Shown piece by piece: positions 30,266-40,305 of a DNA stretch of 64,000 bases. The notes beneath the pieces are model-generated. The model searched no databases. It saw nothing but the letters and a program-made list of their open reading frames with translations, and was not told where the DNA came from. The number at the start of each line of letters is the position of its first letter. The first letter of the stretch is position 1. The translations under genes and the position numbers were made by a program. Source of the DNA: Promethearchaeota archaeon (lineage in GTDB: Archaea > Asgardarchaeota > Lokiarchaeia > Sigyniarchaeales > SOKP01); assembly GCA_018238625.1 (NCBI GenBank), contig JABCSY010000001.1:1-64000 (forward strand), in the 5' to 3' direction.

Positions 30266-30285
30266 TAGTGTGAAAATTCACACTA
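30266..30285. promoter_or_regulatory. Perfect inverted repeat TAGTGTGAA-AA-TTCACACTA, candidate transcription-factor operator upstream of the frhB-like gene
   Basis: 9-bp perfect arms read directly from the sequence, in a divergent intergenic region. Confidence 0.5.
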
Positions 30286-30409
30286 TCTATTTTCTAAGGC
30301 TAAAACCGCATAAATTAAGGTTTAAAATATAAAAAAAAAATTAGGAAAACTTATTATTAGAAGAATAGAAGATATTATTTCCAACAAATCCGTTCCAATA
30401 GGGATTTTC

Positions 30410-30425
30410 ATCGGAAATTTCCGAT
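30410..30425. promoter_or_regulatory. Perfect 16-bp palindrome ATCGGAAATTTCCGAT followed by a T-run
   Basis: Read directly from the sequence; about 95 nt upstream of the roadblock gene. Confidence 0.4.
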
Positions 30426-30520
30426 TTTTTTTTTTACACCCTAAGCAAACACATATATATTTAAAATTCCTAATATTTTCTTGTTAAAATTATTTTTAAC
30501 CGAGAACAAAGGGCTAATTT

Positions 30521-30901
30521 ATGACGTCCAATCTAGAAGAATACCTAGAAAATTTGTGTAAGAAAAACATAGGGATTAGCGCAATCATAATTGTGGGTAA
30601 TGAAGGCTTACCCATTGCTTCTTTTGTAGATGAAAACACCGATCGAACGCTTATTGCCGCGATCAGTGCTGCCCTAAGGTGGATCGGAAAACAATTTGTT
30701 GGTGAAATAACAGCTGGTAATCTAAAACGAATACTAATTGATTGTTCTAATGGGGCAATATTAATACAACCGTTAAACCACTATGGAATCTTACTTGCTT
30801 CATGTAAGAGCGCCGCTTTTTTAAGCGAAATCGATGTAGAATTTATCCAGTCTTTTTTTTCGCCTAACCTACCAAAATCTATTAGTTCTATTGTAGATTA
30901 G
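30521..30901 (+). CDS. Roadblock/LC7 domain protein
   Basis: IIIVGNEGLPIAS...IAAISAAL...LKRILIDCSNGAILI pattern. Confidence 0.88.
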   Translation: MTSNLEEYLENLCKKNIGISAIIIVGNEGLPIASFVDENTDRTLIAAISAALRWIGKQFVGEITAGNLKRILIDCSNGAILIQPLNHYGILLASCKSAAFLSEIDVEFIQSFFSPNLPKSISSIVD

Positions 30902-30994
30902 CTTAGAAATATGTGGGATTAAAGTCATCAATTTAAATTATAGATATTACTATACGTGATAAATTACTTTAATGATCTAGTAATTTAGATTTCA

Positions 30995-32092
30995 ATGCCT
31001 AAAATTCCTTCTTTACCTCGTAATGTAACGCTCCATCTTACTGAAAATTGTAATTTGCGTTGCAAAATATGTTATTATTGGGGAGAAACTGGTGCGTATT
31101 CTAAATCTCAGACTAATCAAAAACCCAAGACTCTAAATTTTGAAATCGTTAAGAACTTAATCAGGGAACTTGCGATTGTAAAACCAACCTATTCGCTATT
31201 CGGTGGAGAACCGCTACTATATCCTTATTTTGAAGAGTTATTAGATGAAATTAAAAAGAATAATTCCTTTGTAAATACTCCAACAAATGGAACGCTTTTG
31301 TCCGATAATGCAGAATTGTTGGTAAAAAAAGAATTTGACTTGGTGCGAATTTCTCTTGATGGACCTCGAGATATAAATGATAAAATGAGAGGAGTAGGGA
31401 GCTATGAAAAGGCAATACAAGGAATAAATGATCTTTTTGAGGTGAAAGAGAAGGAAAAAGCAAATAAACCTCTTATTGATATAATTTACACTGTAACTCC
31501 TGATAACTTTCTAACAATCGAGGAATTTTTCTTGCAGGATCTTGATATTTCAAAATTAGATCGTATTACAATACAAATGCAGAACTTTATTACAAAACAG
31601 ATGGGAGAAGATTACGCAGAATTTCTCAGTTCAGAATTTGGAATTCTAAGTGATACCTATTGGAAGGGTTTGGTCCGTTTACCATCTGAATTTAATGAAA
31701 TAGATAGAACCGAGTTATCTAGACAAGTAAATAGAGTACGGACCTATTATTCGAGTCAAAATAAGTACGCAGTGCTTCTACCACCTACTTTTTCTTCACA
31801 AAATTTAGAAGCGTATCTAACTTCGAATTGGGATCAGATGACTGATGTGTATGAAAAGTGCATTATTCCTTGGGTGTCAACTGAGATTGTTGCTAATGGT
31901 GATGTTGCTCCTTGCCATATCTTCTATGATTTAGTGCTTGGAAACCTACATGAGAATAGTATTGTCGACATTTGGAATGGAGATAAATACAAGAGGTTCA
32001 GAGATTATATGGAGTCAAAAAAATTCATGCCAATATGTCCAGGGTGTTGTATCTTATATTTAGCTGGTAAAAAGTTGAGAAAAAAAAGATAA
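30995..32092 (+). CDS. Radical SAM protein with SPASM/twitch domain
   Basis: CNLRCKIC, FGGEPLL, TNGTLL, ISLDG and CIIPW...GDVAPC...CPGCC motifs. Confidence 0.92.
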   Translation: MPKIPSLPRNVTLHLTENCNLRCKICYYWGETGAYSKSQTNQKPKTLNFEIVKNLIRELAIVKPTYSLFGGEPLLYPYFEELLDEIKKNNSFVNTPTNGTLLSDNAELLVKKEFDLVRISLDGPRDINDKMRGVGSYEKAIQGINDLFEVKEKEKANKPLIDIIYTVTPDNFLTIEEFFLQDLDISKLDRITIQMQNFITKQMGEDYAEFLSSEFGILSDTYWKGLVRLPSEFNEIDRTELSRQVNRVRTYYSSQNKYAVLLPPTFSSQNLEAYLTSNWDQMTDVYEKCIIPWVSTEIVANGDVAPCHIFYDLVLGNLHENSIVDIWNGDKYKRFRDYMESKKFMPICPGCCILYLAGKKLRKKR

Positions 32093-32095
32093 TCC

Positions 32096-32383
32096 TCAGC
32101 ATTTATCATCGTCTTTTAAAAAACGAGAACAAGTTTCGTCTAATTTCTTTATTATATGATTTCGATCTTTCCACATAATCCAGGTGCTTCCTGATTTTTC
32201 AAAATGAAAACCATCGTATTCTTCTTTTATTTTAGTTAGCGTTTTTTTCACGAAGCTCCAAGAAAATCCGGTTTTCTCAACTACTTCAGCGATTGCGATT
32301 GGACGATTCATTTCAAGATTGTTGTTAAAGAAATTTATTATTTTTTGGAAACCGGTTTTAGGAGCTGAATCTTTTTCATTCAT
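32096..32383 (-). CDS. Small winged-helix-like hypothetical protein
   Basis: IAIAEVVEKTGFSWSFVKKTL HTH-like segment followed by a beta-hairpin (FHFEKSGSTWIMW). Confidence 0.55.
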   Translation of the reverse strand: MNEKDSAPKTGFQKIINFFNNNLEMNRPIAIAEVVEKTGFSWSFVKKTLTKIKEEYDGFHFEKSGSTWIMWKDRNHIIKKLDETCSRFLKDDDKC

Positions 32384-32456
32384 TTTTCATGAAGAAATAA
32401 TTATATCGATTATTTAGGTTAATACTTGTTGTAAATTAATATTTATTCTTAAAAAA

Positions 32457-33659
32457 TTATTTTCTCATTTTTAGAAAATTTCCAGATTTCATTAAGTTGC
32501 ACGGTCTAAAATAAGCGATTCCAGTAAAATCTGAAAGATCATCTAACATATGAGACCATCTTTCGTAGTTCTTTTTACCAGCTCCAAAAGGTCCGGGCAT
32601 GTCCATTCCAGCTAACATCGTGTCGTCAATTACTTTATATCCCGAAACAATTTTTTCCTCTAATAATCTACAACCTTCGTTTAATTGGATCGCGTAATAG
32701 TGCTCTGGACTAAATAATCCTGCTTTTTCATGAAAGCTAATTTTTGGCTTTCCTTCAAACCACTCATAAATACCTTTTCCCGATTTTCGTCCCAAATTTC
32801 CCGCTTTAAGAAGATTTGTGAGCGTTTTGCCGGGGGTAAATTCGGGTGAAATCTCTTTAACAAAATAATTCATAACATCGCAAATAACATCTAAACCTAA
32901 GTAATCCCATTTAGCTAAGGGGCCTAATTCAGGGGAAGATATAAAATCATTGTCAATTTTTTCGTAAGGTATTCCTTTATCCGTTGCCATATCTAAAAGC
33001 CAATTAAAAAGGAGATTTGCCGCAATGGTTAAACGGTTTACAATAAAGCCTGGACTTTCTTTTTCTATTTTTGCGATATATCTTTTGCCTTTGAGCGCGG
33101 GTAGCTTTTGACCAATTGCTACTCCTAAGTTAAACGCTTCTTGAGATGTTTTTTCTCCTTTAATTAATTCAATTAATCGGAGTAACGGAATAGGAATAAA
33201 AAAATGCATTCCAATTACTTGTTCGGGTCTGTTTGACGCTTCGGCGATTTTAGAAATGCTCATTGTTGACGTATTTGTTGCCAATACGGCATGTTCTGGC
33301 GCGTATTGCCCGAGTTCTTTAAATAAATTTCGCTTTAATTCCATTACTTCGGGTATCGCTTCCACGATAAAGTCTGCTTCTTTAATAGAATTAATTAGGT
33401 TTTTATCAATCTTAAGTTTTTTAATTAGAGAAAGCGTGGTTAATCCTTGGCCTAACTTTCCTTTAGATTCAATTTTTTCTATACCAAGTTTAATAAATTT
33501 TTTCGCGTTATTTAGAGCATTTTCGTTAATGTCGTTCAAAATAACACTGTCAAATATATCTGACATTAAAGCAACTTGGGCAATTTCTCTCCCCATGGTT
33601 CCAGCACCAATGACCGTAAATGTTTTGATAGAACTTAAATCAACCATTATTTCTTTCAC
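32457..33659 (-). CDS. 3-hydroxyacyl-CoA dehydrogenase with duplicated C-terminal domain
   Basis: VIGAGTMG, VEAIPE, LATNTST, GMHFF, PGFIVNRL and LGRKSGKGIY motifs. Confidence 0.93.
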   Translation of the reverse strand: MKEIMVDLSSIKTFTVIGAGTMGREIAQVALMSDIFDSVILNDINENALNNAKKFIKLGIEKIESKGKLGQGLTTLSLIKKLKIDKNLINSIKEADFIVEAIPEVMELKRNLFKELGQYAPEHAVLATNTSTMSISKIAEASNRPEQVIGMHFFIPIPLLRLIELIKGEKTSQEAFNLGVAIGQKLPALKGKRYIAKIEKESPGFIVNRLTIAANLLFNWLLDMATDKGIPYEKIDNDFISSPELGPLAKWDYLGLDVICDVMNYFVKEISPEFTPGKTLTNLLKAGNLGRKSGKGIYEWFEGKPKISFHEKAGLFSPEHYYAIQLNEGCRLLEEKIVSGYKVIDDTMLAGMDMPGPFGAGKKNYERWSHMLDDLSDFTGIAYFRPCNLMKSGNFLKMRK

Positions 33660-33671
33660 CTCTTAGAAATT

Positions 33672-34736
33672 TTAAAAAAAGATATTTAATGTAAATTGAG
33701 ACAGGAAAAAAGCACCTATGCCTAAGAAAATAGAAATTGGGAGTCCAGGCAGAATTTTATTTCTTTTTAATCCCGAAATTGTAATTCCTGTTCCGATCAG
33801 AATTGCAACTGTGGTAAAAACCATGATTATTACATTATTTGTATGAAGAAGGACGCTGGAAGTAAGTAGACTGTAAAAAGCTAAATCCCCGATACCAATC
33901 TCTAATTTTGATGTATCATAGATTATTTCACCGTTCTTAATTTTTTCTTTTATTTCTGTTTTTGTTAAGTTATTTTCATCGTCATTTTGAGAAGCTATAT
34001 CTATCATAGCTTTAATTGGACCATGTTTATAAAGAACACCAAAGATATCCCAAAGCGAGATGCCAATTAATATAGCTAAAGTGCTCCAAAAGGGCAAAAT
34101 AATACTCATCGAAGCACTAATTAATAAGCTGACGTATAAAACGATTAAGTTTTTTGTATTAATTGATTTTGAAGTATAATATTTGTAAAGTATTAGAAAG
34201 ACTAAAATTGCCGTCAGTGTTGGCAAGTAGATGTTAATTAATAGAAAATAAAGCTTCAAAACGAAAGTTGTTTCAGGAAATTGAACAAAGATTACATATA
34301 TAATTACCTCGGAAAACATTAGAGTCATAAAGAAACTTATAAAAGCAAAACTCAGGCCAAAAATGTATTTTAGAACATCTATTCCAAATTTTTTTATAAG
34401 AAAGACGATAACAAACGCTGAAACTACGGCCATTATAGTGAAAATAGCTCCATTTAATACTGCGGCCAAGGCACCAAACTCGGCTTCAGAGACATAGCTT
34501 TCTTCAATCTGGATACCCGCAACAAAAAATGTGAGGTAGGCTAAAATAGCTGCAAAAACAATAACTATTACTATAGGTAATGGATATAACAAAGATTTAA
34601 TTCTGTAAGTTGGTATAAAGTGAGGTACAAAATCTTTTTCTATTACTTCTTTTTGCTTCTCGTTAATTTCCAAATTTAATTGAGCATCTCTTTGGTCATC
34701 GTCTTGAGAATTTATTGATTTAGGACTATCCGACAT
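33672..34736 (-). CDS. Presenilin-family (A22) intramembrane aspartyl protease, eukaryote-like
   Basis: ISLWDIFGVL..GP (TM6 Asp), IGIGDLAFYS (GxGD) and LPGLPISI (PAL-equivalent) motifs. Confidence 0.88.
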   Translation of the reverse strand: MSDSPKSINSQDDDQRDAQLNLEINEKQKEVIEKDFVPHFIPTYRIKSLLYPLPIVIVIVFAAILAYLTFFVAGIQIEESYVSEAEFGALAAVLNGAIFTIMAVVSAFVIVFLIKKFGIDVLKYIFGLSFAFISFFMTLMFSEVIIYVIFVQFPETTFVLKLYFLLINIYLPTLTAILVFLILYKYYTSKSINTKNLIVLYVSLLISASMSIILPFWSTLAILIGISLWDIFGVLYKHGPIKAMIDIASQNDDENNLTKTEIKEKIKNGEIIYDTSKLEIGIGDLAFYSLLTSSVLLHTNNVIIMVFTTVAILIGTGITISGLKRNKILPGLPISIFLGIGAFFLSQFTLNIFF

Positions 34737-34841
34737 TACAATAATAAGAAAGATTTTTATAATAATTATTTAAATTTATAAAATTTTTTATAACTTAAAT
34801 AGATAATATTTATGAATAAAAAAAGAGTATAACCGTTTTTT

Positions 34842-35543
34842 ATGTCAAAATTTCAAAATGGTAAAGATTTTTTAAATAAGCACACTCTAGTATTACCAAT
34901 AAATCAATCTACTAATAGACGAATTATATTTCCTTGTCATTTGGGAATTATCTTTATTGGTAATGTGTCAACTTCTATGTTAAAAAAGTTGAGATTTCAT
35001 TTGGAACAAACATTCGATTCTTTTTTTTTCGACATTCAGTTTATAGAAGATGCAAATTTACACCCTGACATATTTAAATTAAAAGCCAAGGAGGAGCATA
35101 ATTTATTAAATAAATCTTCAGAAAAGGTCCTCCTCCAACCAACTAATAGATTTTATGAAATTATTGTAAATAAAAAATTTGAATATAATTTTGATATTGG
35201 CATAGGATTGACAAATATACCAATCTATTCAAGTAGTAATGAAAATTTATTATTTTTATTTGGAGAGGCACATATTAAATACATGTGTGCTATAGTATCT
35301 ACTCATAACCTGATAGATTTGTTTACTTTTAAAGATGTTAAATTGAAAAAGATAGAAAGAAGGATCTACAAAGAAGTAATTCATGAAATTGGGCATTTAA
35401 TCTTCGGTTGTGAGCATTGTCTTAATGATTATTGTGTTATGCGCTTCTCTAAAAATATTAAAGAAATTGATAATAAATCTATTTATCTCTGTGAGAAATG
35501 TAAATTAAAACTAGAAAAAGTTAGAGCGAGAGATAATTTTTAA
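34842..35543 (+). CDS. amzA: Archaemetzincin (peptidase M54) zinc metalloprotease
   Basis: FLFGEA, KEVIHEIGHLIFGCEHC, CVMRFS and LCEKC motifs. Confidence 0.88.
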   Translation: MSKFQNGKDFLNKHTLVLPINQSTNRRIIFPCHLGIIFIGNVSTSMLKKLRFHLEQTFDSFFFDIQFIEDANLHPDIFKLKAKEEHNLLNKSSEKVLLQPTNRFYEIIVNKKFEYNFDIGIGLTNIPIYSSSNENLLFLFGEAHIKYMCAIVSTHNLIDLFTFKDVKLKKIERRIYKEVIHEIGHLIFGCEHCLNDYCVMRFSKNIKEIDNKSIYLCEKCKLKLEKVRARDNF

Positions 35544-36802
35544 AAGGTTACGCTTGGCAATTGTAGGATAAATTCTTTTACTAACTCCACGCGAGTTTTT
35601 CTATCTTTTCCATTGTATCGTAAAGGATAGAGTTCGTTAATTGTGAAATTGTATAGTTTAATCCATGTTTTTGCGATTTCGCTTATTCTATAATCTTGAG
35701 CTACTTTTTGAGCATTTTTTCCAAATTCTGCCCTAAGATCGTCATCTTTTAATAACTTTATAACGTAATCTTTAAATTGATCGAGATTATTTGCTAAATA
35801 CCCCGTTTTGCCATGTCGAATTATATTGCTAATTCCACAAGCATTAGCTCCAACACTGGGAGTTCCCTGAGCCATCGCTTCGAGTAAGACAAGCCCTTCA
35901 GCTTCAATCCACGACCACAAGCAAGTTAGATCTGCTGTATTATATAATTTTAATAAATCTGGAAAAGGTATTCTACCAGCATACGAGACGAAATCTCGAT
36001 ATTGTTTCTTTTTAATTATTCTTTTTACGTGGTCAGTTGAAGGACCGTCGCTTCCAACTAATAATAAGTGAGCGTTAGGAATTGCTTTACGAACTTCTTT
36101 AAATATTTTAATAATATCTATAGGGTGCTTTTCTGGGGATAACCTCGATGCGTATAAAAGGACCTTTTTACCTTCTAAATTATATTTTTCACGAATACCA
36201 TTTTCTTTTAAATCTGTAAAATATAAATCGTGAATACCATTCGTCATGCAAATCATAGGTTCTTTAAATCTGTAATCTCTTAACAAATCTTTTTTGGATT
36301 TTGTAGCAACATGGACAACATCGTATTTATCCACTATATGGCGTTCGTATCTCCAAATAAGGTCGCCTTTTGTTAATAGGTTACCAATAACCGGAACATA
36401 TTGAGCCGTGTAATACTGCATAGGACTATTATGGGTCCCTATCATTGGAATCCCTAAATATTTAGACCAATTTACTGCCATGGATCCTACAACAGCATGC
36501 GTATGGATGTGGGAAATATCGAGATAATCGTGTTTGCAGAAAAAGATTTTATGTATAGGGGCACTTAAAACAAAACCCGTTTTAGGAGCAATCATTACAC
36601 CCCCAATTTCGTGAAAATGTAAAGTTTTCGGCTTTTTATACCCATTTTGAACTCGAGGAGCAAAAACATGAACATTGTGACCAAGATTTGCAATTGCTTC
36701 GGATAAAAATCGAACAGCGTGAGCAGTACCATTAACCTGACTGTACATTGTGCTGAAAAAACCGATATTAAGTGCTTGTTTAGCCATGGTTGTTATCCAC
36801 AA
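35540..36802 (-). CDS. Glycosyltransferase family 4; start probably at MAKQ (36787)
   Basis: QVNGTAH, HIHT, SRLSPEK and EAEGLVLLEAMAQGTP motifs. Confidence 0.9.
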   Translation of the reverse strand: MWITTMAKQALNIGFFSTMYSQVNGTAHAVRFLSEAIANLGHNVHVFAPRVQNGYKKPKTLHFHEIGGVMIAPKTGFVLSAPIHKIFFCKHDYLDISHIHTHAVVGSMAVNWSKYLGIPMIGTHNSPMQYYTAQYVPVIGNLLTKGDLIWRYERHIVDKYDVVHVATKSKKDLLRDYRFKEPMICMTNGIHDLYFTDLKENGIREKYNLEGKKVLLYASRLSPEKHPIDIIKIFKEVRKAIPNAHLLLVGSDGPSTDHVKRIIKKKQYRDFVSYAGRIPFPDLLKLYNTADLTCLWSWIEAEGLVLLEAMAQGTPSVGANACGISNIIRHGKTGYLANNLDQFKDYVIKLLKDDDLRAEFGKNAQKVAQDYRISEIAKTWIKLYNFTINELYPLRYNGKDRKTRVELVKEFILQLPSVTF

Positions 36803-37043
36803 ACAAATATTTTAATTGTTTTATATGTTTATCTAGAAGTTTATTTATATTTTAAACATAAGTTTTTATTAAATTTTTCACGATTTCTTAATAAAACCGT
36901 TGAAACCGTTAGTTTTAAATACGATAAATTTTGATTGAGTTTATTTTTTTAAATAATAAAGTAATATCCAGAGGAATTACTTTTATTACGCAATTTTTAA
37001 GCATTCTTATTTGGAAATAATGATTTAAATATTAGATTGAGAT

Positions 37044-37526
37044 ATGCCGAAATATCATATGAAAAAAAAAGAAAGGGAAATAACGAATAAAAATACGATA
37101 ATTGAAATATTGAAAAATGGAAAATTTGCAACTATTTCAATGTGTAGAGCTAACGAACCTTACATCGTAACTTTAAGTTATGGTTTTGACTTAAAAAGAA
37201 ATTCTTTATACTTTCATAGTGCTAAAGAAGGGTTAAAGGGTGAGTTTTTAAGGGAAAACTCGAACGTGTGTGGCACAGTAGTGAATGATCTAGGTTATGT
37301 TATGAACGATTGTTCTCATAAGTACCGTTCTATCGTATTCTGGGGTCAAATGGTAATTGTAGAAGATTTGAAAGAAAAAAAATACGGATTTAACATCATT
37401 CTAAATCACTTAGAAGATAATCCAGATAAAGTGAAAAAAAGATTCCTTGAAAATGATCAAGCGTATGATAAAGTATGTATTATAAAATTAAATCTTATTG
37501 AGATGACTGGAAAAGCATTGTTGTAA
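37044..37526 (+). CDS. Pyridoxamine 5'-phosphate oxidase/NimA-like FMN-binding protein
   Basis: PYIVTLSYG, LYFHSAKEG.K and YRSIVFWG motifs. Confidence 0.88.
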   Translation: MPKYHMKKKEREITNKNTIIEILKNGKFATISMCRANEPYIVTLSYGFDLKRNSLYFHSAKEGLKGEFLRENSNVCGTVVNDLGYVMNDCSHKYRSIVFWGQMVIVEDLKEKKYGFNIILNHLEDNPDKVKKRFLENDQAYDKVCIIKLNLIEMTGKALL

Positions 37527-37599
37527 GTAATTTTTATTTAAATAAATAATTTTTAGAAAAATAGAAAAATTTTTTTTAACTGCATGCTATTTTTATATT

Positions 37600-37779
37600 A
37601 TGGACACTGCTGAAGAAAAAATAATTGTCAACGAAATATTAAAAGATAGAGCGTTGTCTTATTCTATTGAATTATTAGAAGTTGAAGGAGACAAATATAC
37701 TGTACGAAATACTTTTGGCTTAACAATAATATATAAGAAAAAGGGAAGTAAATACTTCTTAGAGGACGAATTAGATTAG
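37600..37779 (+). CDS. Small hypothetical protein (59 aa), below the ORF-track cutoff
   Basis: ATG 37600 to TAG 37779 encodes MDTAEEKIIVNEILKDRALSYSIELLEVEGDKYTVRNTFGLTIIYKKKGSKYFLEDELD. Protein-like composition; fills an otherwise empty gap. Confidence 0.6.
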   Translation: MDTAEEKIIVNEILKDRALSYSIELLEVEGDKYTVRNTFGLTIIYKKKGSKYFLEDELD

Positions 37780-37956
37780 ATTTTTGCTTATTTAAGAGGT
37801 TAAGATCCCACAAAATTCTAAAAACCATATATTGAAATAATAAACTAACTATCTATGGTCTTTTTTAAATGAGTAATATTAATAAAAGACAATTATATTT
37901 TTTCATACATAAAATTATAAAATTATTTTTTTATTAATTTAACAATAGAATATTTT

Positions 37957-39150
37957 TTGGTTAGAATCATGAGAAAAAGAAAGCTTAAATCAAATAGTTT
38001 TGATGAGATGTACAACGAACAATTTCGAGCGGTAATAGACAATTGTACTTCTCTTTCAATATATAATAAAAAAAGAAGATCTTTTTGTATTATTCGAAAG
38101 AACTTAGCAAAAGATTATGAAATTGAAGTCGATGCTTCAGAAGCGCCAGTATTAAACAAATTGCTTGATTCACCGCAACCTTTTGAAAGCTCAATGGCTA
38201 ATTTAAATATTTTTGAGAATGAAATTTTTCCCTTAATTGATGCTTTTAAAAATGTTTTTGGAGAGGAAAAAGAGCTAAAATTAAAATCCATTAAATTAGC
38301 AATTGGAGGAAGTAATACTGATTATGTTACAATCAGAGAAAATGATTTAACAAAGTATGATGTAAAACCAACTCTCAGTGGATTGAGAGATTTCATTGAA
38401 GAAAACAATGATAGCATTTTAGGCTTTCTTGATAGTGAATATATTAGCGAAGAGGGAAATGTAATTTATTTAAACTGTGAAAAAAACGAAGTTTCTGATA
38501 ATATTTACTCGATAAAGATCAAAATCCTAGCGTCAATGCAACAACGAGGATATTTCCTCCAAGAAGAGCACAAATATTATGGTCTACAATTATTTATTAT
38601 CATAGAATCAAGAAAACCGAACGATGACAAATTATTTAAATTTTTAAAAGAGTTAGGAATCGATTGGGAATTGATCTTTTTTCGAAGAAGATTGGCAATT
38701 CACGATTGGACGGAGATTGAATGTCAAAATAATTCTGAAAACCTTAAATGCTTTATAAGAACAAAGTTTGACACCTTAAATTATTTTGACATAAACAACA
38801 TCATTAGAATAATAGTAAAAAATCAATTACCTTTCAATGTGGCGGACAAAATGGCTTCTTTATTATACAAGATGAAATCTGAAAGAGCTATAGAACTACA
38901 AGAAAAAAAATATCAATACGACCCATTTATTGATGAATCGATACAAAATGAGAGAAATTATCGAAAAACACGCTATATCGATCAAACACAACCAGTTGAC
39001 GAATATTCTCTAACCTTGAAAAAAGCTGAAATTGCTGCAGCAGCTAAAATAGCTTGCGCCTATTTAGGAATTCATACAGAAATTAAAATTGATAAAGATA
39101 TATCCAATGCAGAAATATTAAAATATCAAAGCGAATTAACTAATTTTTAG
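37957..39150 (+). CDS. Hypothetical protein
   Basis: 397-aa ORF with no recognised motif. Confidence 0.6.
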   Translation: MVRIMRKRKLKSNSFDEMYNEQFRAVIDNCTSLSIYNKKRRSFCIIRKNLAKDYEIEVDASEAPVLNKLLDSPQPFESSMANLNIFENEIFPLIDAFKNVFGEEKELKLKSIKLAIGGSNTDYVTIRENDLTKYDVKPTLSGLRDFIEENNDSILGFLDSEYISEEGNVIYLNCEKNEVSDNIYSIKIKILASMQQRGYFLQEEHKYYGLQLFIIIESRKPNDDKLFKFLKELGIDWELIFFRRRLAIHDWTEIECQNNSENLKCFIRTKFDTLNYFDINNIIRIIVKNQLPFNVADKMASLLYKMKSERAIELQEKKYQYDPFIDESIQNERNYRKTRYIDQTQPVDEYSLTLKKAEIAAAAKIACAYLGIHTEIKIDKDISNAEILKYQSELTNF

Positions 39151-39211
39151 ATTTTTGAATCGTAATTTAGCAGAAATAAAAAAAAATAGAGTAATATTGA
39201 TAAAGTTAATT

Positions 39212-40219
39212 TTAACTTAACTTATAGGACTCTTTTAATAAATTGTGGTTAATTTCACCAACTGTAATACTCTTTCCTGTTTGAACATTTGTTACCGTAT
39301 AAATTGCCGGAGCGAATAATCCTGGATCAATCGCATAGAAATCATAATTTGCTGCTTTAAATGTTTCTATAAATGGTTTTCCATAACTAGACGATGTATT
39401 TGCAGGAGCTTTTTTAAGCAGATCAAAAAGTTCATCTTGTTTGTCCTTTTCAACATCAATCGTATAGTAAGTCATACCGGCTGCACTAATAGAATCATTA
39501 GTTCGCCCCATAGCTCCAAGATCGTCTTTAGCAATAGGGGCTATTGTAGCCGTTCCAAAACCGTCTTTGAGCACATCTAAAGGAAAATGTATTTCATGGA
39601 GTTTATGTATGCCCGTTTCTACGATTCTAGCAGCAACTTGGATGGAGCCCGTTAAACACGCAGTAGGGGCGCAGACGGCATAAGTCTTACTTGCGTCTAC
39701 TCCACATTTTTCTGCTACTATTGCCATCACTTCTTCGTTAGGCAACTTTGCGGTTTCAAAAACAATCACAGCACAGTCCGAATCGTCGGCGTATTTAATT
39801 TCTTCGAATAACTTCTCTACTTTACTTTTAGCTCTAGCAGGTCCTGAACCTAATGATTGAAAAATTGTCTTTTTTTTTTTAACACCTTCTTTTTCTACTT
39901 CTTTTTTCAATTTTACGTTCCATCCCGCTAGTTGAGATGCCATACAAGATATTATTGGTTCGGAAGTATAAACATTGACACTCGGTATATAATGACCATC
40001 TAAGTTATAGGAAGTAAAGTCAACTGTTCCTAATCCGCCCATACAAATTTCACCAACTAGTTTTCCCCCGTTCCACGACGCATTTGTCATGTCTAAGACT
40101 GTAGCACCATTATCAAGTTTATGTATTTCGGCTTTATAAAATTCTTTATTTTCAATTATTTTTTCAACAAGCTTTAAAGTTAGCTCATTAATTTTAACAT
40201 GGTGTGTCATATTTTTCAC
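39212..40219 (-). CDS. mch: Methenyltetrahydromethanopterin cyclohydrolase
   Basis: EICMGGLG, CMASQLAGW, GSGPARA, GSIQVAARIVETG, MGRTND and DFYAIDPGLFAPA motifs. Confidence 0.96.
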   Translation of the reverse strand: MKNMTHHVKINELTLKLVEKIIENKEFYKAEIHKLDNGATVLDMTNASWNGGKLVGEICMGGLGTVDFTSYNLDGHYIPSVNVYTSEPIISCMASQLAGWNVKLKKEVEKEGVKKKKTIFQSLGSGPARAKSKVEKLFEEIKYADDSDCAVIVFETAKLPNEEVMAIVAEKCGVDASKTYAVCAPTACLTGSIQVAARIVETGIHKLHEIHFPLDVLKDGFGTATIAPIAKDDLGAMGRTNDSISAAGMTYYTIDVEKDKQDELFDLLKKAPANTSSSYGKPFIETFKAANYDFYAIDPGLFAPAIYTVTNVQTGKSITVGEINHNLLKESYKLS

Positions 40220-40305
40220 TTAATATTTTTTTTTAATTGAGTATTTAATATTAAATTCTTATTTTAATATATTAAATTAAGTTTATATTAAAATTTTATA
40301 AAAAA

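Noticed and set aside
30521-32383. Radical SAM/SPASM enzyme with small neighbours as a RiPP cluster
   Set aside because: The neighbours are a roadblock protein and a wHTH-like protein. No precursor peptide, PqqD/RRE domain or transporter is evident.
15655-39205. Isolated TTGATAA/TTATCAA heptamers elsewhere (e.g. near 15660, 30222, 39197) as additional regulon sites
   Set aside because: They are single half-sites without the N6-spaced partner and are expected by chance at this AT content.
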